From Desulfobulbus propionicus DSM 2032 (lineage in GTDB: Bacteria > Desulfobacterota > Desulfobulbia > Desulfobulbales > Desulfobulbaceae): a stretch of DNA of 32,000 nt. Where the stretch lies: NCBI RefSeq assembly GCF_000186885.1, contig NC_014972.1, positions 3,360,001-3,392,000 of the forward strand, written 5' to 3'. Under the pieces are notes generated by a model. The model ran no database searches and was not told the origin of the DNA. It was given only the letters and a program-made list of their open reading frames with translations. A program made the translations under genes and the position numbers. Shown in pieces: positions 10,411 to 20,901 of the stretch. The number at the start of each line of letters is the position of its first letter. Position 1 is the stretch's first letter.

Positions 10411-11389
10411 CCCGTCTATTGTCGCGACTGTCCGCAGCAAGGGACATGTCCTGCTCGCCACCCACTTCAATCCCGACGGCGACGCCCTAGGCTCGCTGCT
10501 CGGTCTGGCCGATGTCCTGGAAGGATTGGGCAAGCGGGTGTTGCGTTACCTCGAGGAACCGGTGTCCCACCTCTACCGTTTTCTTCCCGGCTGCGGCCAA
10601 ATTCAAACCGACATGGCCAAGGTCAAGGAGTTTGCCGCCATGGCCGGTGACGACCTGCTCACCATTTGCCTGGACTGCGGCGAGGAAAAACGGTTGGGCC
10701 GCCATCATGGGGAGTTGACCGCCTGCCGGCCCCTGATCGTGATCGATCATCACCAGGGCAACAACGGCTTTGGGGACGGGGCATGGATCGAGCCGCATCG
10801 TTCCTCCACCGGCGAGATGATCTTTGACCTGGCCATGGCCCTGGGCGCGGAGGTATCCGCCAGGGCGGCCGAGTGCCTGTATGCGGCCATCAACACCGAT
10901 ACCGGCTCGTTCCGCTACGAATCCACCAGCAGCCACACCTTTGCGGTGGCCAGCGAACTGGTGCGGCGCGGTGTGCGGCCGGAAACCGTCGCCACCAATT
11001 TGTACGACAACTACACCCTGGGTCGGTTGCGGTTGATGCAGGAGGTGCTGGCCACCTTGGAGATGCATGAGCGCGATCGCATCGCCATCATCCGAGTGAC
11101 CCAGAAGATGCTGGAACGCACCTACACCACCATGCTTGACACCGAATATTTCATCAATTTTCCCCGAGCAGTCACTTCGGTGCGGGTCGCGGTGTTTCTC
11201 AAGGAAATCGAACCGAACCATGTGTCCGTCAGTCTCCGGGCCAAGGGTCAGTGCGACGTGGCGGTGATTGCCAATCATTTCGGCGGTGGCGGCCACCGCA
11301 ATGCCAGCGGCTTCCGTGTCAAGGGCCAGAACTTGGATGCGGTGCGCGACGCCCTGCTGCCGCTGCTTTGCCGAGAGATGCAGATCTGA
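10397..11389 (+). CDS. nrnA: Bifunctional oligoribonuclease/PAP phosphatase (DHH family, NrnA-like)
   Basis: HFNPDGDALGSLLGL, IDHHQGNNGF, NTDTGSFRY, NHFGGGGHRNASGF motifs. The start overlaps the rbfA 3' end. Confidence 0.92.
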   Translation: MSSPDPSIVATVRSKGHVLLATHFNPDGDALGSLLGLADVLEGLGKRVLRYLEEPVSHLYRFLPGCGQIQTDMAKVKEFAAMAGDDLLTICLDCGEEKRLGRHHGELTACRPLIVIDHHQGNNGFGDGAWIEPHRSSTGEMIFDLAMALGAEVSARAAECLYAAINTDTGSFRYESTSSHTFAVASELVRRGVRPETVATNLYDNYTLGRLRLMQEVLATLEMHERDRIAIIRVTQKMLERTYTTMLDTEYFINFPRAVTSVRVAVFLKEIEPNHVSVSLRAKGQCDVAVIANHFGGGGHRNASGFRVKGQNLDAVRDALLPLLCREMQI

Positions 11390-11392
11390 TCC

Positions 11393-12160
11393 ATGGGGCG
11401 TTCACCTTCGGTTGGTTGTCACGACCTGCCATGGAGCGACGGGGTCTTTTTTGTGGACAAACCCGCAGGCCTCACCTCCTTCGCCATAGTCCGCCGCATT
11501 CGCTGGCTGCTCGGCATCAAAAAGGTCGGCCATGCCGGCACCCTTGATCCTTTTGCCACCGGCCTGTTGATTGTTTGTGTGGGCCGCCCCGCCACCCGCT
11601 GCATCGATTCGTTCATGGGAGGGCGAAAAACCTATCAGGCCCGGTTACAGTTGGGCGTGGAAACCGAGACCCAGGATCCAGAAGGCGCGATCACCCGTAC
11701 CGCGCCGGTGCCGGAATGGGATCGACCGAGCCTGGTCGCCTGCCTGCGACAACACGTCGGTCCGCAACTGCAGGCACCGCCTCCCTATTCGGCGGCCAAG
11801 CACAAGGGCAAACCCCTCTATGCCTATGCCCGCCAGGGAGTGCGTATCGAGAAGGAAGCGAAGCCGATCGAAATTCTTTCCCTGACCCTTGACCACTACG
11901 ACGCCCAACTCCATCAGCTCGATCTGACAGTCACCTGCAGCCCAGGTACCTATGTGCGGGTACTGGCGGCCGACATTGGCAGGTCGCTTGGCTGTGGGGC
12001 CCATCTGATCGGCCTTCGTCGGACAGCCAGCGGCCCGTTTGTGGTGGGCGATTCCCTGTCCGGGGCAGAGCTGTTTACCGAGGAGGGATTGGCGGTGCTG
12101 CAGGCTGCCCGGCGCGGCATCGAGGAGACGGTTGACATCGTTGCCCCCAGGGCTATTTAA
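11393..12160 (+). CDS. truB: tRNA pseudouridine(55) synthase TruB
   Basis: GVFFVDKPAGLTSF...KVGHAGTLDPFATGLLIVCVGRPATR...YQARLQLG; PPPYSAAKHKGKPLY. Confidence 0.96.
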   Translation: MGRSPSVGCHDLPWSDGVFFVDKPAGLTSFAIVRRIRWLLGIKKVGHAGTLDPFATGLLIVCVGRPATRCIDSFMGGRKTYQARLQLGVETETQDPEGAITRTAPVPEWDRPSLVACLRQHVGPQLQAPPPYSAAKHKGKPLYAYARQGVRIEKEAKPIEILSLTLDHYDAQLHQLDLTVTCSPGTYVRVLAADIGRSLGCGAHLIGLRRTASGPFVVGDSLSGAELFTEEGLAVLQAARRGIEETVDIVAPRAI

Positions 12161-12313
12161 GCTTGCCATGGTCAATTGCCGTCGAGTATAGAAGTGAAAG
12201 TCGTTCCCCTGCGTCGTCCCTCTGACGCGGGATAAGGGACAATTGAATCCAGACTCCAGAGAGGCTGAGGGATGTGCTTTTCTGGCAGCAGAAGGACTAT
12301 GTGGAGGTGCGCC

Positions 12314-12583
12314 ATGGCGCAGACAACAGAAAAGAAAAAGGAAATCATCGAAAAATTCAAAACCCATGAGACCGACACCGGTTCCTGCGAGGTGCAAATT
12401 GCCCTCTTGACCGAGCGTATTCTCTATCTCACCGAGCATTTCAAGACCCATGCCAAGGATCACCATTCCCGTCGCGGTCTGTTGAAGCTCGTTGGCCAGC
12501 GGCGTAACCTGCTCAAGTATCTGCAGAAAAAGGATGTGACCAAGTACCGGACACTGATCCAGCAGTTGGGTATCCGCAAGTAA
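12314..12583 (+). CDS. rpsO: 30S ribosomal protein S15 (uS15)
   Basis: [70 protein letters not shown]; SD-like GGAGG upstream. Confidence 0.97.
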   Translation: MAQTTEKKKEIIEKFKTHETDTGSCEVQIALLTERILYLTEHFKTHAKDHHSRRGLLKLVGQRRNLLKYLQKKDVTKYRTLIQQLGIRK

Positions 12584-12594
12584 AAAATCGTTTT

Positions 12595-12629
12595 CGGGTG
12601 GCGGACAGCCTGTCCGCCACCCGCTTTTT
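12595..12629 (+). terminator. Rho-independent terminator after rpsO
   Basis: CGGGTGGCGGACA-GCC-TGTCCGCCACCCG hairpin followed by CTTTTT. Confidence 0.88.
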
Positions 12630-12662
12630 CCCACGATGTGGCTGCACTGCGGCAGCGGGAAA

Positions 12663-12741
12663 GTCATAAAGACACAAAGGACACAGAGAGAATTTTGGCA
12701 AAGGGTGGAGATTGTCGCTGCATCCTTTGTGCCTTTGTGAC
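12663..12741. repeat. Imperfect 24-bp inverted repeat (MITE/REP-like candidate) between rpsO and pnp
   Basis: Left arm GTCATAAAGACACAAAGGACACAG (12663-12686); reverse complement of right arm GTCACAAAGGCACAAAGGATGCAG (12718-12741); 20 of 24 positions match by eye. Confidence 0.6.
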
Positions 12742-12812
12742 GGAATTGAGCCGCACCGGTCCCATCGCTTCCCCTCAATGCACATTCCGGAATGACCGGA
12801 ACAGGAGTATTC

Positions 12813-14900
12813 ATGATCCATACAGTTGAAACAGAAATCGGCGGACGAACCATCGCCTTTGAAACGGGCAAGATGGCCAAGCAGGCCAATGGCTCGGTGG
12901 TGGTATCCAGCGGCGACACCAAGGTACTGGTCACGGTGGTGGCCGAAAGCGAATCCAAGGACATGGGCTTCCTGCCCCTGACCATCGAATACCAGGAGCG
13001 CATGTATGCCGCCGGTCGTATCCCCGGCAGCTATTTCCGGCGGGAGATCGGCCGTCCGAGTGAAAAGGAGGTTTTGACCTGCCGCTTGATCGACCGCCCC
13101 CTGCGGCCGCTCTTTCCCGACGGGTATTCCTGCGAGACCCAGCTGATCGCCACCGTCTTTTCGGCCGATCAGGAGTTTGATCCCGACATCCTGGCCATGA
13201 ACGGCGCCTCCATGGCCCTGATGCTGTCCGACATCCCCTTTGCCGGTCCGGTGGCCGCGGCCCGGGTGGGCTATGTCGACGGCCAATACGTGCTCAATCC
13301 GAGCAAGAAGCAGTTGGAGAAATCGCAGATCAACCTGGTGGTGGCCGGTACCCGCTCAGCCGTGGTCATGGTCGAGGGCAAGGCCTCAGAGATGGCCGAA
13401 GACACGGTGCTCGAAGCCATCTTCTTCGCCCATGCCGGTATCCAGCCGCTGATCGATCTTCAAATCAATCTCCGCGAGCAGGCCGGCAAGGCCAAACGCG
13501 AGGTGGTGGCGCCGACCGTCAATCAGGCCCTCAAGGAGAAGGTCGAGGCCGTCGCCGCCAGTGGCATGGACGAGGTGGTGACCACCGCCGAGAAGATGGC
13601 CCGCGCCGCGCGCTATTCCAAGCTGAAAGAAGAGGTCCTGGCCCAGATCGATCCCGAGCTGTACCAGCAGCCCTCGGAGGTCACAGAACTGCTGAGCGGC
13701 TACAAGAAACAGGTGATGCGCGATCGCATTGTCGGCAAGGGCATGCGTCTGGACGGTCGCTCCTTTGAGGATGTGCGACCGATCAGCTGCGAAGTCGGCA
13801 TCCTGCCTCGGGCCCACGGCTCGGCCCTGTTCACCCGTGGCGAAACCCAGGCCCTGGTCATCTGCACCCTGGGCAGCGAACGCGACGAGCAGCACCTGGA
13901 GGGTTTGGGAGGCGACGTCTACCGCCGCTTCATGCTCCATTACAACTTCCCGCCCTTCTGCGTCGGCGAAGTCCGTCCGTTGCGTGGTCCAAGCCGTCGG
14001 GATATCGGGCACGGGACCCTGGCCCGGCGTGGCATCGAGGCGGTGCTGCCAGCCAACGACAGTTTCCCCTACACCCTGCGGGTGGTCTCCGAGGTGTTGG
14101 AGTCCAACGGTTCATCCTCCATGGCCACCGTCTGCGGCGGCAGCCTGGCCCTGATGGACGCCGGCGTGCCGGTCAAGGCGCCGGTTTCCGGTGTGGCCAT
14201 GGGCTTGATCAAGGAAGGCGACCAGGTGGTGGTGCTGACCGATATTCTCGGCGATGAGGATCATCTGGGCGACATGGACTTCAAGGTGGTCGGCACCCGT
14301 CAGGGTATCACCGGCCTGCAGATGGACATCAAGATCGAGGGTGTGGACCGCGGGATCATGAACCAAGCCCTGGCCCAGGCCAAGAAAGGCAGAATCCACA
14401 TCCTGGAGAAGATGGAGGGAGCCCTCAGCTCGCCGCGTACCGTGGTGTCCGAGCATGCGCCCAAGTATGTGACCCTCAAGATCCACCCGGACAAAATTCG
14501 TGACATCATCGGCCCCGGCGGCAAGGTGATCCGCGAGATGACCACCGAATTCGACTCCAAGATCGATGTCGAGGACGACGGCACGGTCAAAATCTTCAGC
14601 AACAGCAGCGAATCGGCCAATGCCCTGATCAAGCGCATTCAGCAGATTACCGCCGTGCCCGAGGTCGGCGCGATCTACGAGGGCGAGGTGCGCACCATCA
14701 AGGAATTCGGCGCCTTTGTCCAGATCCTGCCCGGGACCGACGGCATGGTCCACATCTCCGAACTGGCCAACGACCGGGTCAAGAAGGTTACCGACGTGGT
14801 CAAGGAAGGGGATATCATCAAGGTCAAGGTGATCGATATCGACAACCGCGGCCGTATTCGCCTGAGCCGCAAGGCCGCTCTGGCAGAAGGCGAGGAATAA
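12813..14900 (+). CDS. pnp: Polyribonucleotide nucleotidyltransferase (PNPase)
   Basis: Two RNase PH-like domains, KH (IIGPGGKVIREM) and S1 (GAIYEGEVRTIKEFGAFVQILPGTDGMVHISEL). Start at MIHTVETE behind an AGGAG SD. Confidence 0.98.
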   Translation: MIHTVETEIGGRTIAFETGKMAKQANGSVVVSSGDTKVLVTVVAESESKDMGFLPLTIEYQERMYAAGRIPGSYFRREIGRPSEKEVLTCRLIDRPLRPLFPDGYSCETQLIATVFSADQEFDPDILAMNGASMALMLSDIPFAGPVAAARVGYVDGQYVLNPSKKQLEKSQINLVVAGTRSAVVMVEGKASEMAEDTVLEAIFFAHAGIQPLIDLQINLREQAGKAKREVVAPTVNQALKEKVEAVAASGMDEVVTTAEKMARAARYSKLKEEVLAQIDPELYQQPSEVTELLSGYKKQVMRDRIVGKGMRLDGRSFEDVRPISCEVGILPRAHGSALFTRGETQALVICTLGSERDEQHLEGLGGDVYRRFMLHYNFPPFCVGEVRPLRGPSRRDIGHGTLARRGIEAVLPANDSFPYTLRVVSEVLESNGSSSMATVCGGSLALMDAGVPVKAPVSGVAMGLIKEGDQVVVLTDILGDEDHLGDMDFKVVGTRQGITGLQMDIKIEGVDRGIMNQALAQAKKGRIHILEKMEGALSSPRTVVSEHAPKYVTLKIHPDKIRDIIGPGGKVIREMTTEFDSKIDVEDDGTVKIFSNSSESANALIKRIQQITAVPEVGAIYEGEVRTIKEFGAFVQILPGTDGMVHISELANDRVKKVTDVVKEGDIIKVKVIDIDNRGRIRLSRKAALAEGEE

Positions 14901-14929
14901 TTCGACCAGGCGTGATGGCCTGATGTGCG

Positions 14930-14966
14930 AGCCGGTTGCCGTGCAAGCGGCGCCGGCTTTTTTTTT
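14930..14966 (+). terminator. Rho-independent terminator after pnp
   Basis: AGCCGG...CCGGCT hairpin followed by a 9-T run. Confidence 0.8.
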
Positions 14967-14980
14967 GCAGAGGATGAAAG

Positions 14981-15499
14981 GTGCAGAGGATGGAACACAT
15001 ACTGCCGGCAACGATCCGCGTTGCCTTTACCTGGCTGCATCCGGAGCGGACGGCAGGGCTGACACTCCCCGCCTATGAAAGCGAATTGGCGGCCGGCATG
15101 GATGTGGGAGCCGCGATCGATCAGCCGATGGTGCTGCAACCGGGCGACATCGGCCTGGTGCCCTGCGGCTTTGCCGTGGCCATTCCGCCAGGCTACGAGA
15201 TCCAGGTCCGTCCGCGCTCGGGATTGGCGGTCAAGCATGGCATCACCGTGGTCAATGCCCCTGGAACCATCGATGCCGACTATCGGGGCGAGGTCAAGGT
15301 CGGCCTGATCAACTTGGGCCAACACCCCTACACGGTGCGGCGGGGGGATCGAATCGCCCAGCTGATCCTGGCACCGGTGGCGCGGACCGAGTGGCGGCTG
15401 GTAACGGCGCTTGACCAGACAACCCGTGGCTGCGGCGGATTCGGCCATACAGGTGTGCAGGGCACTGATCGTTCTCACTCTGGCCAGGACGACCGGTGA
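14981..15499 (+). CDS. dut: dUTP diphosphatase
   Basis: [55 protein letters not shown] motifs. The exact start is uncertain. Confidence 0.92.
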   Translation: MQRMEHILPATIRVAFTWLHPERTAGLTLPAYESELAAGMDVGAAIDQPMVLQPGDIGLVPCGFAVAIPPGYEIQVRPRSGLAVKHGITVVNAPGTIDADYRGEVKVGLINLGQHPYTVRRGDRIAQLILAPVARTEWRLVTALDQTTRGCGGFGHTGVQGTDRSHSGQDDR

Positions 15500-16269
15500 G
15501 ATTTTCCGTCCTTGGCAGCGGCAGCAAGGGGAACTGCACCTTGGTCGAGGCCGGCACGACCCGGTTGCTGATCGACAACGGCTTCTCCGGCAAGGAACTG
15601 ATTGCCCGCCTGCACAGCATCGATGTGCGGCCGGAAACCCTCACTGCCATCGTGGTCACCCACGAGCATGACGACCATGTCAAGGGGATCGGCGTGGTAT
15701 CCCGCCGGTTCAACCTGCCGGTCTACGCCAATGCCGCCACGCACCGCGCCGCGGAACAACGTGTCGGCCAGGTGCGCGAACGGCATGAATTCGGCACCGG
15801 CGAATCCTTCACGATCAATGACCTCCATATCCACCCCTTTGCCGTGTCCCACGACACCGCCGATCCGGTGGGCTTTGTGGTCAGCGACGGGCGGAGCGCC
15901 CTCGGCTATTGCACCGACACTGGAACCATCACACGGCTGATCCGCCATCACCTGCGCAACTGCCGGGCCCTGGTCCTTGAAGCCAACCATGACCTGCAGA
16001 TGCTCCAACAGGGCCCCTATCCCTTTCCCCTCAAACAGCGGGTCCTGTCCATACAGGGACATCTGGCCAACAACGATTCGCTGGAGTTTGCCGGCTGCTT
16101 GATCAATGAACGGTTGCGCGCCCTGGTCCTTGCCCACCTCAGCGAAATCAATAACGACCCGAATCTGGTGCGTGCCGAGGCACGTCGCCGCCTGCCCACC
16201 GGGGAAGGGGTTCAGGTGTTCGTGGCCGAGCAGTGGCGGGCCGGCCCCGTGCTGGAGATCGAACCATAA
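15496..16269 (+). CDS. MBL-fold metallo-hydrolase (YycJ/WalJ-like)
   Basis: [61 protein letters not shown] start overlapping the dut stop. Confidence 0.88.
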   Translation: MRFSVLGSGSKGNCTLVEAGTTRLLIDNGFSGKELIARLHSIDVRPETLTAIVVTHEHDDHVKGIGVVSRRFNLPVYANAATHRAAEQRVGQVRERHEFGTGESFTINDLHIHPFAVSHDTADPVGFVVSDGRSALGYCTDTGTITRLIRHHLRNCRALVLEANHDLQMLQQGPYPFPLKQRVLSIQGHLANNDSLEFAGCLINERLRALVLAHLSEINNDPNLVRAEARRRLPTGEGVQVFVAEQWRAGPVLEIEP

Positions 16270-16322
16270 GCGCTGTCGGTCGCTGTTCCGCCTTTGCCGC
16301 CCCATAACCGGAGGTTGCCTTC

Positions 16323-18515
16323 TTGCTGTTTAAAAACCGCAACAGTCTTGCCAGTCGGCTCACCTTTCAGGTCATTGTCCTCAGTTCCCTGGTGACCGTG
16401 TTGTCCACCGCCCTCCAGCTGTACCTCGACTACCGCCAGGACGTTCGCAGCATCTATCTTTTTTTCGACTCGATCAAGGAAACCAGCCTGCGCCCCCTGG
16501 AGGAGAGCGTCTGGATTCTTGATGATCTGCAGGTCAATCTCCAGCTCGAGGGCCTGATCAAGCGTCAGGATATCGTATATGCGGCGGTGGAGATGGACCA
16601 ACGGATCACCTGGTCCAAGGGCATGCCGGTGCGCCAGGACAACATCACCCAATCCTTTCCCCTTGTCCATCCGGTACGCAACGGCTTTGAAGAGATCGGC
16701 ACGCTCCACGTGATGGCCTCGCTGGAAGCAATTTATCATCGGCTGCTGCGCCGGATCACTATCTTGCTGGCCAGTAACGCGGTCAAAACCTTTCTCGTGG
16801 CAGGATTCATCCTTCTGTTGTTCAAGAAAAACATCACCGACCATCTGGAACGGATGGCCGACCATGTCCAGCAGATCGACATCCAGCAGCAGGAGCCGCA
16901 GCCGCTGCGGCTCAACCGCACCAATCCTCGCACCTCAGATGAACTGGACCTGGTCAGCGAGGCCCTCAACGGGTTGTGCCAGGGTGGCTATCAGGCCTAT
17001 CGGGACCTCCGTATTCAGGAACAGCGCCTTCGCCTGCTGTTCGATGCCACCGAGGAAGCGATTTTCGGGGTCGATCCCCAGGGGCGGTGTACCTTTATCA
17101 ACCGGGTGGCCAACGACATTCTTTCCAGTACCAAGGGGCAATCGCTGTTGGGACGGGATCTTCTGGCCATGCTGGCCAGCCACGATCAACCCCCGTCCTC
17201 CAGTCTGCTGGGCAGGCAGGTGCAAACAACCATCGAAGAACGCCGGGTGCTGTTCACCGATGAACTGCCGCTGGTTCTTTCCGACGGCTTGATCATGCTG
17301 ATATCGCTCCGTTCCTATCCGGTGGTCGAGCAGCAACGGTGCACCGGCGCGGTGGTCTTTTTTGCCGACATCAGCCGGCAGCAGAAGCTGGAACAGGAAA
17401 AACAACTATTTACCCGAATCATTCGCCAGGCCCCGGCCCTGATCCTGGTGGTCAATGCCGACGGGGTCATTGAATACGTCAATTCCATCTTTGAGCAGAT
17501 CTTCGGTTTTGAGGCGCAGACCCTGGCAGGCACCCTGGCCCAGGACAGCTTCAAATCACTGGACATAACACCGCAGATGGGACGGGTGCGCAACAAGATC
17601 GCCAATGGCGAGACCTGGGTCGGAACCTTCACCGGCAAGACCATGGATGGGCGGAAGATCGTTCTTGACGCCACGGTCTTTCCCATTTTCGACCGCCGCG
17701 GACAGCTGACCAACATCGTGGCCATGGGCCGCGACATCACCCGAGAGCAGCAGCTCACCGAGCAGTTGCACCACATCCAGAAAATGGAGGCCATCGGCAA
17801 ACTTGCCGCTTCCATTGCCCATGAATTCGGCAATCCGCTGCTGGGAATCCGCTTTGCCCTGCGCGATGTGCAGCAACGGGCCCAACTGGAACAAGACGAT
17901 GCCCATCTCCTCCAGTTGGCGGAAAGCGAATGCGATCGCATGCGCAAATTGATCCGTGATTTGCAGCAATTCAACCGCCCCTCCAGCGGGCGGAAAGTCG
18001 AATTTGATCCCCATCGGATTCTCGAGGAGATCATGGCTCTGCACCACAATCTCCTGACCAAGAAAAAAATCACCGTGATACGGGACTACGAACCGCGGCC
18101 CATCCGGCTGCATGCAGTGGAAGATCAGATGCGTCAAGTGTTGATCAATCTGATCCTCAATGCCACCGACGCCATGGAAACGGCGGGCGGCACCCTGACC
18201 CTGCGGACGCGGCTGGCCGGTGGAGAGGTGGTGATTTGCGTCGAGGACAGCGGAGGCGGCATTGCCGAAGAGCATTTGCAGCGGATTTTCGAACCCTTTT
18301 TCACCACCAAGGCGGCGGTGGAGGGCACTGGACTGGGCCTGGCGGTTTCCTACGGCATTGTCCGCGGCCACGGCGGCGACATAACGGTTCAGTCCCGGCC
18401 GGGGCAAACGGTGTTCACCGTCACCCTGCCCGCCAGGGCAATGCCGGCGGCCACGGGTGTGGCCCCACTGGTCGGGGCGACTTCAGCCGCGCGGGTGGAA
18501 ACGTCGATGCGTTGA
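16323..18515 (+). CDS. Membrane-bound PAS-domain sensor histidine kinase
   Basis: Two TM segments, HAMP-like region, two PAS-like segments, HisKA ([18 protein letters not shown]) and HATPase ([54 protein letters not shown]). Confidence 0.92.
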   Translation: MLFKNRNSLASRLTFQVIVLSSLVTVLSTALQLYLDYRQDVRSIYLFFDSIKETSLRPLEESVWILDDLQVNLQLEGLIKRQDIVYAAVEMDQRITWSKGMPVRQDNITQSFPLVHPVRNGFEEIGTLHVMASLEAIYHRLLRRITILLASNAVKTFLVAGFILLLFKKNITDHLERMADHVQQIDIQQQEPQPLRLNRTNPRTSDELDLVSEALNGLCQGGYQAYRDLRIQEQRLRLLFDATEEAIFGVDPQGRCTFINRVANDILSSTKGQSLLGRDLLAMLASHDQPPSSSLLGRQVQTTIEERRVLFTDELPLVLSDGLIMLISLRSYPVVEQQRCTGAVVFFADISRQQKLEQEKQLFTRIIRQAPALILVVNADGVIEYVNSIFEQIFGFEAQTLAGTLAQDSFKSLDITPQMGRVRNKIANGETWVGTFTGKTMDGRKIVLDATVFPIFDRRGQLTNIVAMGRDITREQQLTEQLHHIQKMEAIGKLAASIAHEFGNPLLGIRFALRDVQQRAQLEQDDAHLLQLAESECDRMRKLIRDLQQFNRPSSGRKVEFDPHRILEEIMALHHNLLTKKKITVIRDYEPRPIRLHAVEDQMRQVLINLILNATDAMETAGGTLTLRTRLAGGEVVICVEDSGGGIAEEHLQRIFEPFFTTKAAVEGTGLGLAVSYGIVRGHGGDITVQSRPGQTVFTVTLPARAMPAATGVAPLVGATSAARVETSMR

Positions 18516-19403
18516 CTTGAGCCGGTCGGCATCGACATGGGTATAGATTTGGGTGGTGGCAATGTCGCTGTGGCCGAGCATCATCTGTACCGAACGGAGG
18601 TCAGCGCCACCGGCCACTAGATGGGTGGCAAAGGAGTGGCGCAGCACGTGCGGGCTGATCGCCTTGCGGATGCCGGCAATCAGGGCGATCTCGCGGACGA
18701 TCTGCCAGAAGCGGTGACGGGTCATGGCTTCCCCCCGGTTGGAGCAGAAGAGCAGCGGGCTGCCCTTCCCCTTCAGCAGCAACGGCCGGACCCGTTCGAT
18801 ATAGTCGCGGAGAATTGTTCCGGCTACGGCTGAAAAGGGGACGATACGCTCCTTGTTGCCCTTGCCGAGGATGCGCAGATGACCGGTGTGCAGGTTACAG
18901 CCGTTCACCGGCAGGTTGACCAGTTCAGAGACACGCAGCCCGGAAGCGTAGAGCAAATGGAGCATGGCATGGTTGCGTATCGCCAGGGGGGTCGGGGGCG
19001 AGGGGGGGCGGAGCAGGGCGTCAACCTCGGCAATGGTCAGCACCTTGGGCAGGCTGCGGCCGATTTTCGGCGCATCGATTTCGGCGAGGGGATTGCCGGC
19101 AAGCACTCCCCGGTCCTGAAGAAAACGAAAAAAGGCACGCAGGGCGGCCAAGCGGCGGGCATTGGAACGGGCACCGATCCGCCGCTGGTGGCAGTACTGA
19201 AAAAACTGCTGCACATGCTCCTTGTCAATCCTCTCGATCAGGATGGCGTCGGCGTCGGAGAAAAAACGGAAAAAAAATTCAAGATCGGCCTGATACGCGG
19301 CCACGGTGTTCCTGGCAAGCCGTCGCTGCAGGGTCAGGTGCTGCAGGAACAGCTGCAGGTGCTGGTTGTAGTCATTGGCTGGCGTGGGGGTGAGCGGCAG
19401 CAA
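18483..19403 (-). CDS. Tyrosine recombinase XerC/XerD type
   Basis: Catalytic-box phrases ASGLRVSEL, HVLRHSFATHLVAGGADLRSVQMMLGHSDIATTQIYTHV; about 306 aa. XerC versus XerD is not resolved. Confidence 0.93.
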   Translation of the reverse strand: MLPLTPTPANDYNQHLQLFLQHLTLQRRLARNTVAAYQADLEFFFRFFSDADAILIERIDKEHVQQFFQYCHQRRIGARSNARRLAALRAFFRFLQDRGVLAGNPLAEIDAPKIGRSLPKVLTIAEVDALLRPPSPPTPLAIRNHAMLHLLYASGLRVSELVNLPVNGCNLHTGHLRILGKGNKERIVPFSAVAGTILRDYIERVRPLLLKGKGSPLLFCSNRGEAMTRHRFWQIVREIALIAGIRKAISPHVLRHSFATHLVAGGADLRSVQMMLGHSDIATTQIYTHVDADRLKSTHRRFHPRG

Positions 19404-19414
19404 GGGCAGCGTGC

Positions 19415-19448
19415 AAATAAACGCCCCGCAGGGTGAACCGGCGGGGCG
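19415..19448 (-). terminator. Rho-independent terminator/attenuator between rpsU and the xer gene (minus strand)
   Basis: Minus strand CGCCCCGC-...-GCGGGGCG stem followed by TTTATTT. Confidence 0.6.
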
Positions 19449-19454
19449 AGCAGA

Positions 19455-19649
19455 TCAAACCCGACTTCTCATCCGGTTGAACTTGCGAAGTTTACGCAGG
19501 GCTTCCGCTGCTTTGCGGCGTTTTTTAACGCTGGGTTTTTCGTAGTATTCACGCCGTTTCAGCTCTCGTTTGATACCGTCGATCTGCAGTTTCTTCTTCA
19601 GCTGCCTGATCGCGTATTCAAGGTCACCTCTGACATCTACTTCGATCAT
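19455..19649 (-). CDS. rpsU: 30S ribosomal protein S21 (bS21)
   Basis: MIEVDVRGDLEYAIRQLKKKLQIDGIKRELKRREYYEKPSVKKRRKAAEALRKLRKFNR. Confidence 0.96.
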   Translation of the reverse strand: MIEVDVRGDLEYAIRQLKKKLQIDGIKRELKRREYYEKPSVKKRRKAAEALRKLRKFNRMRSRV

Positions 19650-19713
19650 AATTGCATCACTTCCTTTGGTGGTTGGCCGGAGCCATTAATAAGAGTGGGA
19701 TTAAAAACGGGTT

Positions 19714-19742
19714 AAGATAGCCGCTTCGCCGCTCCTTGTCAA
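19714..19742 (-). promoter_or_regulatory. Putative sigma70-type promoter for rpsU
   Basis: On the minus strand: TTGACA, 17-nt spacer, TATCTT, upstream of rpsU. Confidence 0.65.
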
Positions 19743-19945
19743 ATCAAACGATTGAATCTCAGCCATTTTCACCATGCGGGCGGCCCCGGCTGACCACGAA
19801 AAACCGCCACCTGCGTGCATGCCGGGCGTATGGCCCGCTGCCCATCCCTGCCCGGCCTTTTGATTGTTTTTCTCTGCCATGATGGTACCATAGGGTCCAC
19901 TGTTTTCTCAGGGCAGGGAACCCTATGCACTCAAGGAGGTTGACC

Positions 19946-20893
19946 ATGGCGAAGATTCGATTGGCACTGATTGCCGGCGGAACATCAGATGAACGGGAGG
20001 TGTCGCTGCGCGGCGCAGCCGGAGTGGAACAGGCGCTCGATCCCGACAAATACGAAGTGGTGCGCTACGACCCGGCGACCGATCTGGCCAAGATCGCGGC
20101 CGACGCCGCGCACATTGATGTGGCCTTTCTGCTCCTGCATGGCGTGCATGGCGAGGATGGGACCATCCAGGGGTTTCTCGATCTGCTCGGCATTCCCTAT
20201 CAGGGGGCCGGGGTGCTCGGCAGCGCCCTGGCCATGGACAAGCATCTGGCCAAGACCATGTACAAGCTCCATGGTCTGCCGGTGGCGCCGTGGGTGATGG
20301 TGGAAGCGGGCGATCTCGCCGACACCCGTCGGATCGTCACCGAGGTGGGACTGCCCTGCGTGGTCAAGCCGGTGCGCCAGGGTTCGTCCATCGGCATGTC
20401 GATCGTGCGCGAGAAGGAACAGCTGCCAGCGGCCCTCCGTCTGGCCCTGCGCCACGACAACGAGGTCATGGTCGAGGCCTACATCAAGGGTCGGGAACTG
20501 ACCGCCGGAGTGCTGGGCAACGCCGAGCTGACCGCCCTGCCGCTGATCGAGATCATCCCCGACGCCCGCTACGAGTTTTTCGATTACGAGGCCAAGTATC
20601 AGCCCGGCGCGAGCAAGGAGATTTGTCCGGCTCCGGTGAGCGACGAGGTGCGGCAAAAAGCCCAGGCCTATGCCATGGAGGCCCACCGCAGTCTGCAACT
20701 ACGCGGCTACAGCCGCACCGACATGATCCTTGCCGGTGACGAATTGTATCTTTTGGAAACCAATACCATTCCGGGCATGACTCCCACGAGCCTGCTGCCC
20801 CAGGCAGCCGCCGAGGCGGGTATTCCCTTCGCCGCCCTGCTCGACCGGCTGGTTGCTCTGGCCTTGGAAAAACCGGCCCGCCTGGCGGGTTGA
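19946..20893 (+). CDS. ddl: D-alanine--D-alanine ligase
   Basis: IRLALIAGGTSDEREVSLRGA, LLHGVHGEDGTIQGFLDLLGIPYQGAGVLGSALAMDK, EINTIPGMT-type phrase (LETNTIPGMTPTSLLPQ). Start behind AAGGAGGT. Confidence 0.97.
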   Translation: MAKIRLALIAGGTSDEREVSLRGAAGVEQALDPDKYEVVRYDPATDLAKIAADAAHIDVAFLLLHGVHGEDGTIQGFLDLLGIPYQGAGVLGSALAMDKHLAKTMYKLHGLPVAPWVMVEAGDLADTRRIVTEVGLPCVVKPVRQGSSIGMSIVREKEQLPAALRLALRHDNEVMVEAYIKGRELTAGVLGNAELTALPLIEIIPDARYEFFDYEAKYQPGASKEICPAPVSDEVRQKAQAYAMEAHRSLQLRGYSRTDMILAGDELYLLETNTIPGMTPTSLLPQAAAEAGIPFAALLDRLVALALEKPARLAG

Positions 20894-20901
20894 CAGCAAC
20901 A

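Noticed and set aside
12638-12829. 63-aa minus-strand ORF (MAALRQRESHKDTKDTERI...)
   Set aside because: It is a translation across the CACAAAG-type inverted repeat, a common source of false small genes.
11645-13003. 452-aa minus-strand ORF spanning truB, rpsO and the pnp start
   Set aside because: It crosses three well-supported genes and the rpsO terminator. It is a shadow ORF, not a novel gene.
18483-19403. Tyrosine recombinase as evidence of an integrated element
   Set aside because: It matches the housekeeping XerC/D size and motifs, sits beside rpsU, and has no attachment repeats, cargo or phage genes nearby.
19759-20049. 96-aa minus-strand ORF between rpsU and ddl
   Set aside because: It overlaps the ddl SD and start and has atypical composition; there is no supporting signal.
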